Shown piece by piece: positions 37,554-46,947 of a stretch of DNA of 64,000 nucleotides. Below the pieces are notes generated by a model. That model was not told the DNA's origin and made no database searches. It saw only the letters and a program-made list of their open reading frames with translations. Position 1 is the first letter of the stretch. Each line of letters opens with the position of its first letter. The translations under genes were made by a program, and so were the position numbers. Where the stretch lies: positions 26,957 through 90,956 of the forward strand of contig CAYVEC010000001.1 in assembly GCA_964450385.1 (NCBI GenBank), in the 5' to 3' direction. The stretch comes from an uncultured Planctomycetales bacterium (GTDB taxonomy: Bacteria > Omnitrophota > Gorgyraeia > Zapsychrales > JANLHA01).

Positions 37554-39566
37554 ATGTCAAAAGCCGCTATCGATTATGCACGCGAATTGAATGAGCAACA
37601 GCATCGGGCTGTGGTCTCGACACAGGGCCCCTATTTGGTCATCGCGGGCGCGGGCAGCGGCAAGACGCGTGTCCTTGTCTATCGCACGGCCCATCTTGTG
37701 TCCGAAGGCGTTCCCCCGGACAATATTCTTCTTTTGACCTTCACTCGCCGGGCATCGACGGAGATGCTCTCCCGGGCTTCGCTCATTCTTGATGACCGGT
37801 GCCAGGAGGTGAGCGGAGGGACATTCCATTCCTTCGCGAACATGATCCTCCGTCGCTACGGGGACCGGATGGAGCTCGCGCGGAATTTTTCGATCCTCGA
37901 TGCCGGTGACGCCGAGCAGCTGGTCTCGCAGATCCGAACGGAACGGAGGCTCCAGAAGCTGGATAAACGGTTTCCTAAAAAAGGGACGATTTATGATGTT
38001 ATCTCAAAGAGCGTGAATAAAGGGATGACGATCGAAGAGGTCCTGTTTCAGGAATACCCGCAGTGCTCCGAGTGGACTGAGGTCTTAGAGGCGGTCAAGG
38101 AGGAATATATCCGGCAGAAACGCATGATCGGGGCCTTGGATTATGATGACCTCTTGGTCTTTCTCCGCGACTTGCTTCAGAATCACGCGGAGGTCCGTGA
38201 GAGGCTGAGCCGTCACTATCGGTATCTCATGATCGATGAGTATCAGGACACGAATCGGATCCAGGCCCAGATCGTTCGGCTGCTGGCCGCGACCCATGAC
38301 AATGTGATGGCGGTTGGCGACGACTGTCAGAGTATTTACGCCTTTCGCGGGGCCCAGTTCCGCAATATCATGGATTTCCCCAAAATGTTCCCGGGCGCAG
38401 AGGTGATCATGCTCGAGGAGAACTATCGTTCCTCCCAGCCGATCCTGGACCTTACGAATGAGCTCATCCAATCAGCGCGGGAGCGTTTTGATAAGGTCCT
38501 TTTTACGCGTAAGCCTGGCCAGTCGCGCCCGGTCTACGCGGATCTCCTTGATGAACACGCCCAATCGCGTTTTGTGGCGCGCCAGATCGCCGCGCTCCGT
38601 GAGGAGGGGGTTCCGCTTGGAGAGATCGCTGTTCTCTTTAGGTCTGGATGGCACTCGAATGATCTTGAGGTGGAACTTGCGCGGGCGCGGATCCCGTTCG
38701 TCAAGTACGGGGGTCAGAAGTTTGTCGAGGCCGCCCATGTTAAGGATGTCCTCGCCTATCTGCAGATCGTTCAGAATCCGCTTAATCAGGTAGCCTGGAT
38801 GCGCGTGCTGCTCCTCTTGCCGGGGATCGGGCCAAAATCAGCGGCGGGCATCGTCGCGCGGATCATCGAGCGCCAGGGCCGGGTGGCCGAGGCGATCGGG
38901 GATATCAAGCGTGATGCCCAGGTGATCCGGTTGATGGAGTGCGTCATACAGCTTGGCTCATCACCGGACCGGCCGAGTGCCTTGCTCGATGCCGTGCTCG
39001 AGCATTATCATCCGCTCCTTGCGGACCACTATGATGATGCCGATAAACGGGTCAATGATCTCGAGTCGCTCCAGCGGGTTGTGGGCCGGTACGCGACGCT
39101 TGAGGAATTTTTGGTGGACATGACCCTTGAGCCGCCGGAGAAGGCCTTGGTGGAGAGGGAGCGTTTTCAGCGCGAGACGAAGAGCCTCACGCTTTCGACG
39201 ATCCACTCGGCGAAAGGGCTTGAATGGGATACGGTCTTTTTGATCCATCTCTGCGAGGGTTCATTGCCGTCGTATCAGTCGTTTGATGATCAGGAGGCCC
39301 TTGAGGAGGAACGCCGGCTTTTTTATGTTGCGGCGACCCGTGCCAAGTCGCGGCTTTTTTTGTTGAGGCCGCAGATGAACACATCGGCCCGGGCCCGGAT
39401 CGATGCGGGCGGTGCGGTGTATACGCGGGCCTCACGCTTTTTAGGTGAGGGACGGATCTTGACCGATTATGTTGAGATCGCGACTCCGGCGGGGTATCAC
39501 CCACCGGGGTACACGCGGATGCGGTATTCGTCGTTCCGCGGGGATGATTTTGACGGGGGGTTTTAA
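37554..39566 (+). CDS. UvrD/PcrA-family ATP-dependent DNA helicase
   Basis: Walker A AGAGSGKTRVLVYRTAHLV. Motifs Ia-VI (LLTFTRRASTEM, YLMIDEYQDTN, AVGDDCQSIYAFRGA, TIHSAKGLEWDTVFL, YVAATRAK). 670 aa. Confidence 0.8.
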   Translation: MSKAAIDYARELNEQQHRAVVSTQGPYLVIAGAGSGKTRVLVYRTAHLVSEGVPPDNILLLTFTRRASTEMLSRASLILDDRCQEVSGGTFHSFANMILRRYGDRMELARNFSILDAGDAEQLVSQIRTERRLQKLDKRFPKKGTIYDVISKSVNKGMTIEEVLFQEYPQCSEWTEVLEAVKEEYIRQKRMIGALDYDDLLVFLRDLLQNHAEVRERLSRHYRYLMIDEYQDTNRIQAQIVRLLAATHDNVMAVGDDCQSIYAFRGAQFRNIMDFPKMFPGAEVIMLEENYRSSQPILDLTNELIQSARERFDKVLFTRKPGQSRPVYADLLDEHAQSRFVARQIAALREEGVPLGEIAVLFRSGWHSNDLEVELARARIPFVKYGGQKFVEAAHVKDVLAYLQIVQNPLNQVAWMRVLLLLPGIGPKSAAGIVARIIERQGRVAEAIGDIKRDAQVIRLMECVIQLGSSPDRPSALLDAVLEHYHPLLADHYDDADKRVNDLESLQRVVGRYATLEEFLVDMTLEPPEKALVERERFQRETKSLTLSTIHSAKGLEWDTVFLIHLCEGSLPSYQSFDDQEALEEERRLFYVAATRAKSRLFLLRPQMNTSARARIDAGGAVYTRASRFLGEGRILTDYVEIATPAGYHPPGYTRMRYSSFRGDDFDGGF

Positions 39567-39621
39567 TGACGGCGGCCTCAGGCACGGCCGCGCCGGGGAT
39601 CCGGCAGACAGGAAAGGCGGG

Positions 39622-40416
39622 ATGATGCAGCTTAAACGGCCTTTGGCGATGTTGGACCTTGAAACAACGGGGACATGGATCGAGCGCGATCGGATCATTG
39701 AGATCGGGATTGTCCGCTGCGAGCCCGACGGCACCCGTCGGGAGTATGACCAGCGAATCAATCCGGGGATGCCGATCTCGTCCGAGGTCACGGCGTTGAC
39801 CGGGATCTCCAATGACGATGTGAAGGACGCCCCGCGGTTTAAGGAGGTGGCCCCGGTTGTCCTCGAGATGTTAAAGGACGCAGATATCGGAGGATTTAAT
39901 GTCGAGCGGTTTGACGTGCCGCTGTTGGCCCGCGAGTTCGCCGACAATGGTTTTTCTTTCGCCTGGCAGGGGCGCACGATTTATGATGCCCAGAAGGTCT
40001 ATCATCTCAATGAGAAGCGGGACCTGACAGCGGCCTATGCTTTTTATTGTCACAAGGAATTGGACGGGGCCCACTCCGCCCTTGCTGATACCCGTGCGAC
40101 GCTTGAGGTCTTGGAGGCCCAGGTCGTAAAGTATGGAAAGGGGTCGGAGAGTTTGGAAAGCCTCGGGTCCTTTGACTACAAGATCCTTGGAGACTTTTTT
40201 GGCCTTGAGCGGAAATTCCGCTGGTGGAACGGGGAGCTTTATATGATGTTCGGTAAATACGCGGGTAAAATGCCGCTCAAGGAGGTGGCGAAAAATGATC
40301 CGCGGTATCTCGAGTGGATTCTATCGGCGAATTTCAGTGACGAGGTTAAAGAGCTGGTCGGCGGCGCGCTTGAGGGGCACTTCCCGTCACGGCCAGAACC
40401 GAAGGCCGGTCAATGA
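39622..40416 (+). CDS. DnaQ-like 3'-5' exonuclease (DEDDh) with an ExoX-like C-terminal domain
   Basis: Exo I LAMLDLETTG. Exo II-like IGGFNVERFDVPLLAREF. Exo III HSALADTRATLEVL. C-terminal KYAGKMPLKEV basic motif. Start ATG 39622. Confidence 0.7.
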   Translation: MMQLKRPLAMLDLETTGTWIERDRIIEIGIVRCEPDGTRREYDQRINPGMPISSEVTALTGISNDDVKDAPRFKEVAPVVLEMLKDADIGGFNVERFDVPLLAREFADNGFSFAWQGRTIYDAQKVYHLNEKRDLTAAYAFYCHKELDGAHSALADTRATLEVLEAQVVKYGKGSESLESLGSFDYKILGDFFGLERKFRWWNGELYMMFGKYAGKMPLKEVAKNDPRYLEWILSANFSDEVKELVGGALEGHFPSRPEPKAGQ

Positions 40417-40576
40417 GATCATTTTTTTCTTGTCTCGCCTGGGTCCGGCAAGTACAATAAGCCATCACCTGGTAAGAATTGTATTCGTTGTGAGCGGCCC
40501 GATGAAAGGGTAGGGACAAAGGGCCGGGTATGCCGTCCGAGCGAACCTGCAGATTGTTAACCATAAGGGGGAATCG

Positions 40577-41185
40577 ATGAAAAATCAGTGGCCGTTTTGG
40601 TTGTTCCTAACCGTGATCGTGGTTGTGGTGATTTTTTCGTTTAATTATCAGCGAACAGCCCGGCCTGGTCATGTGGGAGAGATATTCGAAGATACGGCCC
40701 CGACGTTTGAATATGAGTATGTGGCGGATAAGCCGGGCGCGGCACTGCCGGCTGACGTGAAAACGGTTCCGGTGGCCCCAGCTCCTTCGGCCGTGACGGC
40801 CAAGCCTGTGGGATCTGTGGCGCCTGCGGCGGCTCCAGTCGCGTCAGCCCCTGCCCCGTCAGTGTCCCAGCCGACGGCTACCCAGACGGTTGTCGCCGCG
40901 CCTGCGGCACCGGTCGCAACTTCGCCGGCTCCGGCGGTTGGAGAAAAACTGTATGTCATCCAGATCGTCGCTTCAAAAGACCAGGCTAAGGCCCAGCAGA
41001 CCCTGGAACAGGTTCGGGCTAAGGGATATCCGTCCGCGTATCTCGTCACGGCTGATCTGGCGGATAAAGGGACATGGTATCGGATCTATATCGGTGGGTT
41101 CCGGTCGAAGGCCGATGCCGAGGGCGCGTTGACCAAGGTGAAGCCGTTCTATGGGGACGCCTTTTTACGTCTTTTAAAGAGTTAA
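40577..41185 (+). CDS. SPOR domain protein (septal peptidoglycan binding), membrane-anchored with an Ala/Pro-rich linker
   Basis: N-terminal TM. PAPSAVTAKPVGSVAPAAAPVASAPAP linker. C-terminal SPOR fold (LYVIQIVASKDQAKAQQTLEQVRAKGYPSAYLVTADLADKGTWYRIYIGGFRSKADAEGAL). Confidence 0.7.
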   Translation: MKNQWPFWLFLTVIVVVVIFSFNYQRTARPGHVGEIFEDTAPTFEYEYVADKPGAALPADVKTVPVAPAPSAVTAKPVGSVAPAAAPVASAPAPSVSQPTATQTVVAAPAAPVATSPAPAVGEKLYVIQIVASKDQAKAQQTLEQVRAKGYPSAYLVTADLADKGTWYRIYIGGFRSKADAEGALTKVKPFYGDAFLRLLKS

Positions 41186-41206
41186 ACGAAGGCAGGAGAG
41201 GACGCC

Positions 41207-41821
41207 ATGAAGAATATTATGGGTATTGCGTTCAGCGTGATGGTGTGTGTTGTCGTGGCCGCTGGATGTTCGTCGACGGTGAAGGTCGATCGGATCGACC
41301 GCGACAAGGTTGTGGACCTGAGCGGGCGGTGGAATGACACGGATGCCCGGGTCGCGAGCCGTGAGATCATCGCTCAGTGCGTCCAAGCTGGCTGGGTCGG
41401 TGATTTTCGTCAGCGGGAAGGGCACAAACCCGCGGTGATCGTCGGCCAGATTCTCAACCGCACGGATGAACATATCGACACCCTCGTTTTGACGAAAGAG
41501 CTTGAGGCCGCGGTTCTGCGGGCTGGCGAGGTGTCGTTTGTGGCCTCGCGCGAAGAGCGGCTTGATGTCCGTGAGGAACGGAATGCCCAGAATACTGAGG
41601 GGTTCACCCGTCCCGAGACGATCAAACAGATCGGCCAAGAGACCGGTGCTGATTTTATGCTGATTGGAACGGTTAACGCAGTGCGCGACGAGTATGGAAA
41701 TCGATCGGTCATCTTGTATCAGGTCAATATGGAATTGGTGGATATGGTCACCAACGAAAAGGTCTGGTTCGGCCAGCACCATATCAAAAAGAGTGTTGTG
41801 AAAAAGAAGTATTCACTGTAG
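41207..41821 (+). CDS. LpoB-like lipoprotein (COG3417, penicillin-binding protein activator family)
   Basis: Lipobox VVAAGCSSTVKV. Conserved-looking core (VDLSGRWNDTD...AVIVGQILNRTDEHIDT...FMLIGTVNAV). 204 aa. Confidence 0.5.
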   Translation: MKNIMGIAFSVMVCVVVAAGCSSTVKVDRIDRDKVVDLSGRWNDTDARVASREIIAQCVQAGWVGDFRQREGHKPAVIVGQILNRTDEHIDTLVLTKELEAAVLRAGEVSFVASREERLDVREERNAQNTEGFTRPETIKQIGQETGADFMLIGTVNAVRDEYGNRSVILYQVNMELVDMVTNEKVWFGQHHIKKSVVKKKYSL

Positions 41822-41840
41822 TCACCGTAGCATCTTCAGG

Positions 41841-43163
41841 ATGAATTTCAGACAGAACATTTTTGTCTCCGTGGTCCTCTGCCTAGTCTGTGGGCTTGGG
41901 GGATGTGCCGGCCTGCCGGCCATGCAGCAGCGCGTGCGGCGGCTTGCGGCTCAGGGGGAGATGCGTCAGGCATCACTCGCCTTTGATCGTTCTGGCCAGG
42001 GGTACGGATCGAAGAATCAGCTGCTCGCGGCCCTTGACCGGGGTCTGGTCCGGCATTATGCCGGCGACTATGTTCGGAGCATTGACGATTTTGAAGAGGC
42101 CAAAAAGATTTATGACAGCCTCTACACCCGTTCGATCTCCGAGCAGGCCCTCGCGTGGGTCTGGAATGATCTGACCCAGCCCTATCGGGGGGAGGATTTT
42201 GAACGGGCGATGATGAATGTTTTTCAGGCGATGAATTTTTTGATGCTCGGCAAAAAGGATGAGGCTCTCGTTGAGGCGAGGAATGTCTATTATGTGCTTG
42301 AGCGGTTTAATCAGAACTACGGCGGCAAGAAAAACGATTATCACGACGACGCCTTTGTCCAGTGGCTGATGGGCCTGATCTATGAATCGACGGGACGGGG
42401 CCATGACCTTAATGAGGCGTTCCGGCTGTATCAGCGTGCCGTCCAGGTGTATGAGCAGCAGTATCGGCCTCATTATGGACTTGACGTCCCGCTCGCTTTA
42501 AAAGAAAATATTCTCTCGTTGGCAGACTGGATGGGGCCGATTGAGCGGGCCCAGTATCAGACGCGCTTCCCGCTGATCCCTTTTAAGACGGTCTATGAGC
42601 GCGCCGTCAAGGCTGAGTTGTATTGCATCGTGTATCGCCGGCAGATCGCGGGCAAGATCCCGGCCTCGCTTGTGTTGCCCGGGACCGATGGATATGTGGT
42701 TCGGGTGTCGTTTCCTCGATACCGCAAGACCTTTGGCCTTGAGCCGGGATTGACGTTGACCGCGAGGGCCGACGGGATCGAGAAGGGGGCCCTTCTTGAG
42801 CGCGCCGAGGACCTTACGGCGGTCGCGCGCAAGACATTAGAGAATCGACAGGCGCGGATTGTGGCAACGGCTGTTGTCCGGCCCGCATTAAAGCAACTTG
42901 TGTTCGAGGCGGTCGAGGACCGCGTTCATGACAAGGCGGGGAAAGAGGCCGGAGAGCTTTTTCGTTATGCGGCGAGTTCTTACATTGTGTATTCGGAACA
43001 GGCCGATACGCGCGGATGGGATACCTTGCCGGCCGAGATCTGGGTGGGGCGGCTTGAATTGGAGCCTGGGACCTATAATCTTTTTATTGGAAATGATCCA
43101 GCGGGGACGGTGACCGTCTCGGCAGGGGAACGTAAATTTTTGTCACGGTGGACACGTCAGTAA
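41841..43163 (+). CDS. Hypothetical lipoprotein (440 aa) co-located with the LpoB-like gene
   Basis: Lipobox LGGCAGL. Helical/TPR-like N-terminal half. No family recognised. Confidence 0.5.
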   Translation: MNFRQNIFVSVVLCLVCGLGGCAGLPAMQQRVRRLAAQGEMRQASLAFDRSGQGYGSKNQLLAALDRGLVRHYAGDYVRSIDDFEEAKKIYDSLYTRSISEQALAWVWNDLTQPYRGEDFERAMMNVFQAMNFLMLGKKDEALVEARNVYYVLERFNQNYGGKKNDYHDDAFVQWLMGLIYESTGRGHDLNEAFRLYQRAVQVYEQQYRPHYGLDVPLALKENILSLADWMGPIERAQYQTRFPLIPFKTVYERAVKAELYCIVYRRQIAGKIPASLVLPGTDGYVVRVSFPRYRKTFGLEPGLTLTARADGIEKGALLERAEDLTAVARKTLENRQARIVATAVVRPALKQLVFEAVEDRVHDKAGKEAGELFRYAASSYIVYSEQADTRGWDTLPAEIWVGRLELEPGTYNLFIGNDPAGTVTVSAGERKFLSRWTRQ

Positions 43164-43194
43164 GCAAGGGGTCATTGTTAACAGGAGGGGGAAG

Positions 43195-43497
43195 ATGAAA
43201 CATATGATCATGGTAGGGCTGGTTGCCGCGGTCGTTGCCACGGGTTGTACGACGACGCAAAAAGGGACGGGGATTGGGGCTGCCGCAGGTGCCGGGTTAG
43301 GAGCCATTATCGGGCATCAGAGCGGGAATCGGGATAAAGGGGCGCTCATCGGCGGGGCTGTTGGGGCATTGGGCGGATATGCGGTTGGGAGCAAGATGGA
43401 ACAGAAGAAATTCTGTCCAACCTGCGGCCGCGTTTTCGCAGAGGATACGGTCTATTGCCCTCATGACGGGGCCGAGCTCCTTTTTCAGCAAAAATAA
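43195..43497 (+). CDS. Small glycine-zipper lipoprotein with a C-terminal zinc ribbon
   Basis: Lipobox ATGCTTTQ. GIGAAAGAGLGAIIGHQ...GALIGGAVGALGGYAVG glycine zipper. C-terminal CPTCGRVFAEDTVYCPHDG (CxxC...CxxH/C). Confidence 0.55.
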   Translation: MKHMIMVGLVAAVVATGCTTTQKGTGIGAAAGAGLGAIIGHQSGNRDKGALIGGAVGALGGYAVGSKMEQKKFCPTCGRVFAEDTVYCPHDGAELLFQQK

Positions 43498-43518
43498 TGG
43501 GTAGTTTTTCTGACATTT

Positions 43519-43557
43519 CGGGCATGAATACTCTGTATTCATGCCCGTGTCATTTTT
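43519..43557 (+). terminator. Rho-independent terminator
   Basis: CGGGCATGAATAC-TCTG-TATTCATGCCCG hairpin followed by TGTCATTTTT. Confidence 0.65.
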
Positions 43558-43694
43558 CAAGTTTTTCCTTGCCAATGATATTTTTTATTTGTAATATACC
43601 GCGGCGTTGATCCCTGCCTCGGTGGCGTTGGGCGCTGATGCACGACGCCTTCGGCCGGATAATCGTGACTGCATTTTAGGTAAGGAGTCTCTTT

Positions 43695-45329
43695 ATGAAT
43701 AAAACTGCGCATGATCTCGGACTGGCTTCCTACGGGATTAAAACAGACCGGGAGGTGTTTTATAACCTTTCGTATGATGAGCTTTTTGCCCATGAGACCG
43801 ACCCGGGTCTTCAGGGTTTTGAGCGCGGGACCGTGACGGAATTCGGCGCGGTCGCCGTTGACACAGGGCGTTTTACCGGGCGTTCGGCTAAGGATAAATA
43901 TTTTGTCTGTGATGAGACGACGCGGGATGAGATCTGGTGGGGCAAGCCAGGCAAAGAGGCAGGGGTTCCGGACAATAAACCGTTATCGGTTGAGGCCTGG
44001 AGTCATCTAAAGACCTTGGCGGTCACGCAATTAACGAATAAACGTCTTTATGTGATGGATGGGTTATGCGGCACGAATCCTGAGACGCAGCTCCGCGTTC
44101 GGCTTGTGACTGAGGTTGCGTGGATGGCCCATTTTTTTAAGAACATGTTCATCCGTCCAAGCGAGGCAGAGCTCAAGGGTTTTAAACCCGACTGGGTCAT
44201 CCTTAATGCCTGTAAGACCGAATGCGCGGATTTTGAAAGATATAATATGCGTTCCCCTGTCTTTGCCGCGAACAACCTTCGTGAGAGGATGTCGGTGATC
44301 GGGGGAACATGGTATGGAGGAGAGATCAAGAAGGGAATATTCACGATCATGAATTATTTTCTTCCGAAACAGGGCATCGGCGCGTTCCATTGTTCGGCGA
44401 ACATGGGCTGTGACGGTGACACTGCCTTGTTCTTCGGTCTCTCAGGCACGGGGAAGACGACCTTGTCCGCGGACCCCAAGCGCGCCCTTATTGGCGACGA
44501 TGAGCACGGCTGGGATAAGGAGGGGGTCTTTAATTTCGAGGCAGGGTGTTATGCCAAGTGCATTAACTTGACCGAGGAGAACGAACCGGATATTTATCAT
44601 GCCATCAAGCGTGACGCCCTTCTTGAGAATCTTGTGATCGGTGCCGGGGGCCGGGTGGATTTTAAATCATCGGCGAAGACCGAGAATACCCGTGTTTCCT
44701 ATCCGATCCATCATATCGAAAATATTGTGAAACCCGTTTCAAAAGGCGGGCATCCATCGAAGATCATCTTTTTGGCCTGTGACGCCTTCGGGGTCCTGCC
44801 GCCGGTGGCCAAACTGACGAACGCCCAGGCGATGTATCACTACCTGAGCGGATACACGGCCAAGGTCGCGGGGACCGAGTTGGGGGTCACCGAGCCGAAG
44901 GCAACGTTCTCCGCCTGTTTCGGTCAGGCTTTTTTGCCGTTACATCCCACGGTCTATGCCCATATTCTTGGGAAGAAGATGGCCGAGCACGGGGCCCATG
45001 CCTATCTCGTCAATACCGGGTGGAGCGGGGGCAAGTATGGGGTGGGTAAACGCATGTCCCTCAAGATCACGCGTAAGATTATTGATGGCATTCTTGATGG
45101 AACGCTCGAACGCGCGGAATGTGCAACGATGCCGACTTTTCATTTCAGCATCCCCAAGGCCCTGCCGGGTCTGCCTCCGGAGATCCTTAATCCTCGTGAG
45201 GCATGGGCGGATCAGGCCGCATATGATCAGACGTTAAAAAATCTTGCGGAGATGTTCATCAAGAATTTCACGAAGTTCACGGATACGGCTGAGGGCAAAG
45301 GCTTGATCGCCGCAGGGCCGTCCCTATAG
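43695..45329 (+). CDS. pckA: Phosphoenolpyruvate carboxykinase (ATP)
   Basis: [11 protein letters not shown] kinase-1a. IGDDEHGWD. Full-length 544 aa with PEPCK-ATP N- and C-terminal domains. Confidence 0.9.
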   Translation: MNKTAHDLGLASYGIKTDREVFYNLSYDELFAHETDPGLQGFERGTVTEFGAVAVDTGRFTGRSAKDKYFVCDETTRDEIWWGKPGKEAGVPDNKPLSVEAWSHLKTLAVTQLTNKRLYVMDGLCGTNPETQLRVRLVTEVAWMAHFFKNMFIRPSEAELKGFKPDWVILNACKTECADFERYNMRSPVFAANNLRERMSVIGGTWYGGEIKKGIFTIMNYFLPKQGIGAFHCSANMGCDGDTALFFGLSGTGKTTLSADPKRALIGDDEHGWDKEGVFNFEAGCYAKCINLTEENEPDIYHAIKRDALLENLVIGAGGRVDFKSSAKTENTRVSYPIHHIENIVKPVSKGGHPSKIIFLACDAFGVLPPVAKLTNAQAMYHYLSGYTAKVAGTELGVTEPKATFSACFGQAFLPLHPTVYAHILGKKMAEHGAHAYLVNTGWSGGKYGVGKRMSLKITRKIIDGILDGTLERAECATMPTFHFSIPKALPGLPPEILNPREAWADQAAYDQTLKNLAEMFIKNFTKFTDTAEGKGLIAAGPSL

Positions 45330-45361
45330 TTTCGACGGTATTCCGTCTGTGTGACGCCTAA

Positions 45362-45397
45362 AAAGAGGCCAAAATTTTGGCCTCTTTTTTTGTTTTT
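45362..45397 (+). terminator. Rho-independent terminator after pckA
   Basis: AAAGAGGCCAAAATTTTGGCCTCTTT hairpin followed by a T-run. Confidence 0.7.
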
Positions 45398-45423
45398 GTT
45401 GTACAATAATCACCAGACAAAAC

Positions 45424-46929
45424 GTGATAAGGACGGTCATGCGAACACTCTGCATTTTTTGTCTCTGTCTATGGGGGACCGTGATGAACGCCAGTGCTGA
45501 TTCCAATATAAAACGGATGAATGTCGCCGGCCAATTTTACAAGGCCCAGCCAGAGCAGCTCTCCCAGGAGATCCAATCCTATTTGAAGAAGGCCGATCCC
45601 GGCCCGAGTGATCACGATGTCAAGATCGTTATTGCCCCTCATGCCGGATATGTTTATTCAGGGCAGGCTGCGGCACGGGTTTATGCCCAGACGCGATCGT
45701 CAGAGTATTCGACGGTTGTCGTTTTAGCCCCGAGTCATTATGTCGGATTCTCCGGGATCTCGGTGTGGACTGCTGGCGGGTTTGAGACCCCGCTCGGTGT
45801 GGTCGATGTGGATTCTGACTTCGCCCGTCAGCTTGCGGGCCGGCATCCGGATTTTGTCGAGGATCGTGCGGCCTTTGATCGAGAACACGCGCTCGAGGTC
45901 CAGCTGCCCTTTATTCAATTGACTCATCCTCGTGCCAAGATCGTTTCGGTCATCATGGGCCAGGGATCGTTTGAGACCTGCGGCCGGGTTGCAGAGGCCT
46001 TGGCCGATATCATCGGGACCCGTGACGATGTCCTTGTTGTGGTTTCGTCCGATATGTCGCACTTTCATGATGCCGCAACGGCCCGTGCCATGGATGAGAC
46101 AGCCCTTGCCGTGATCCAGAAGGGCGCGGCGCGTGAGCTCTGGCAGCGGTGCGCGGCCCGTGAACTCGAGATGTGCGGGTTTGTTCCGACCGTGACCGCG
46201 ATGCTCTTGGCCGAGCGGCTCGGGCTGTCGCCGCGAGTGATCGGGTATACCCATTCCGGCGAGGTCACCGGGGATGATCAACGGGTCGTTGGCTATGGGT
46301 CGGTTGTCTTCGAACGACAGAAAAAGATCGGGGAGAATGCGGCCGAGAGCGTTCAGCCTGGGGGGGCGCTTAGTCCCGCTCAGCACGAGCGGTTGATTGC
46401 GATCGCGCGGCAGACGATCGAGGCCTTTGTGCGTCATGGCGAGACGCTCGAGGTCAAGGAAGACGATCCGCGGCTTCAGGAACATGAAGGCGCCTTTGTG
46501 ACCCTTCATCGCCAGGGCCATTTGCGCGGCTGCATCGGGCACATCATCGGTCAGCAACCGCTCTATCTGACGGTGCGTGATATGGCGATTCAAGCGGCGG
46601 CGCATGACCCGCGTTTCCCGCCGGTCTCGGCGGCAGAGTTAGAGGATATTGATCTCGAGATCTCGGTCCTTTCAACGCCGCGGCGGGTGCAGCGTGTTGA
46701 GGAAATCACGATGGGGGTGCATGGGGTCATTGTGAGCCGAGGGTTGATGCATCGGGGGGTGTTCTTGCCGCAGGTCGCGACCGAGACGGGATGGAGCCGT
46801 GATGAATTCCTCTCGCAGCTCTGCGCGCAGAAGGCCGGGCTTTCGCCGGATGCCTGGAAGGACCCGTCCACGGTGCTCGAGATCTTTACAGCCGATGTTT
46901 TTTCTGAAAAGGACATCAAGGGTCCGTAA
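45424..46929 (+). CDS. Fused MEMO1-like (AmmeMemoRadiSam protein B) and AMMECR1 (protein A) domains with an N-terminal signal-peptide-like extension
   Basis: Memo-like N-terminal half (MNVAGQFYKAQPEQL, IAPHAGYVYSG, SSDMSHF). AMMECR1 C-terminal half (EGAFVTLHRQGHLRGCIGHI). Hydrophobic leader MIRTVMRTLCIFCLCLWGTVMNASA. An alternative start exists at ATG 45517. Confidence 0.7.
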   Translation: MIRTVMRTLCIFCLCLWGTVMNASADSNIKRMNVAGQFYKAQPEQLSQEIQSYLKKADPGPSDHDVKIVIAPHAGYVYSGQAAARVYAQTRSSEYSTVVVLAPSHYVGFSGISVWTAGGFETPLGVVDVDSDFARQLAGRHPDFVEDRAAFDREHALEVQLPFIQLTHPRAKIVSVIMGQGSFETCGRVAEALADIIGTRDDVLVVVSSDMSHFHDAATARAMDETALAVIQKGAARELWQRCAARELEMCGFVPTVTAMLLAERLGLSPRVIGYTHSGEVTGDDQRVVGYGSVVFERQKKIGENAAESVQPGGALSPAQHERLIAIARQTIEAFVRHGETLEVKEDDPRLQEHEGAFVTLHRQGHLRGCIGHIIGQQPLYLTVRDMAIQAAAHDPRFPPVSAAELEDIDLEISVLSTPRRVQRVEEITMGVHGVIVSRGLMHRGVFLPQVATETGWSRDEFLSQLCAQKAGLSPDAWKDPSTVLEIFTADVFSEKDIKGP

Positions 46930-46947
46930 GATGGATCCCGCTCTGCT

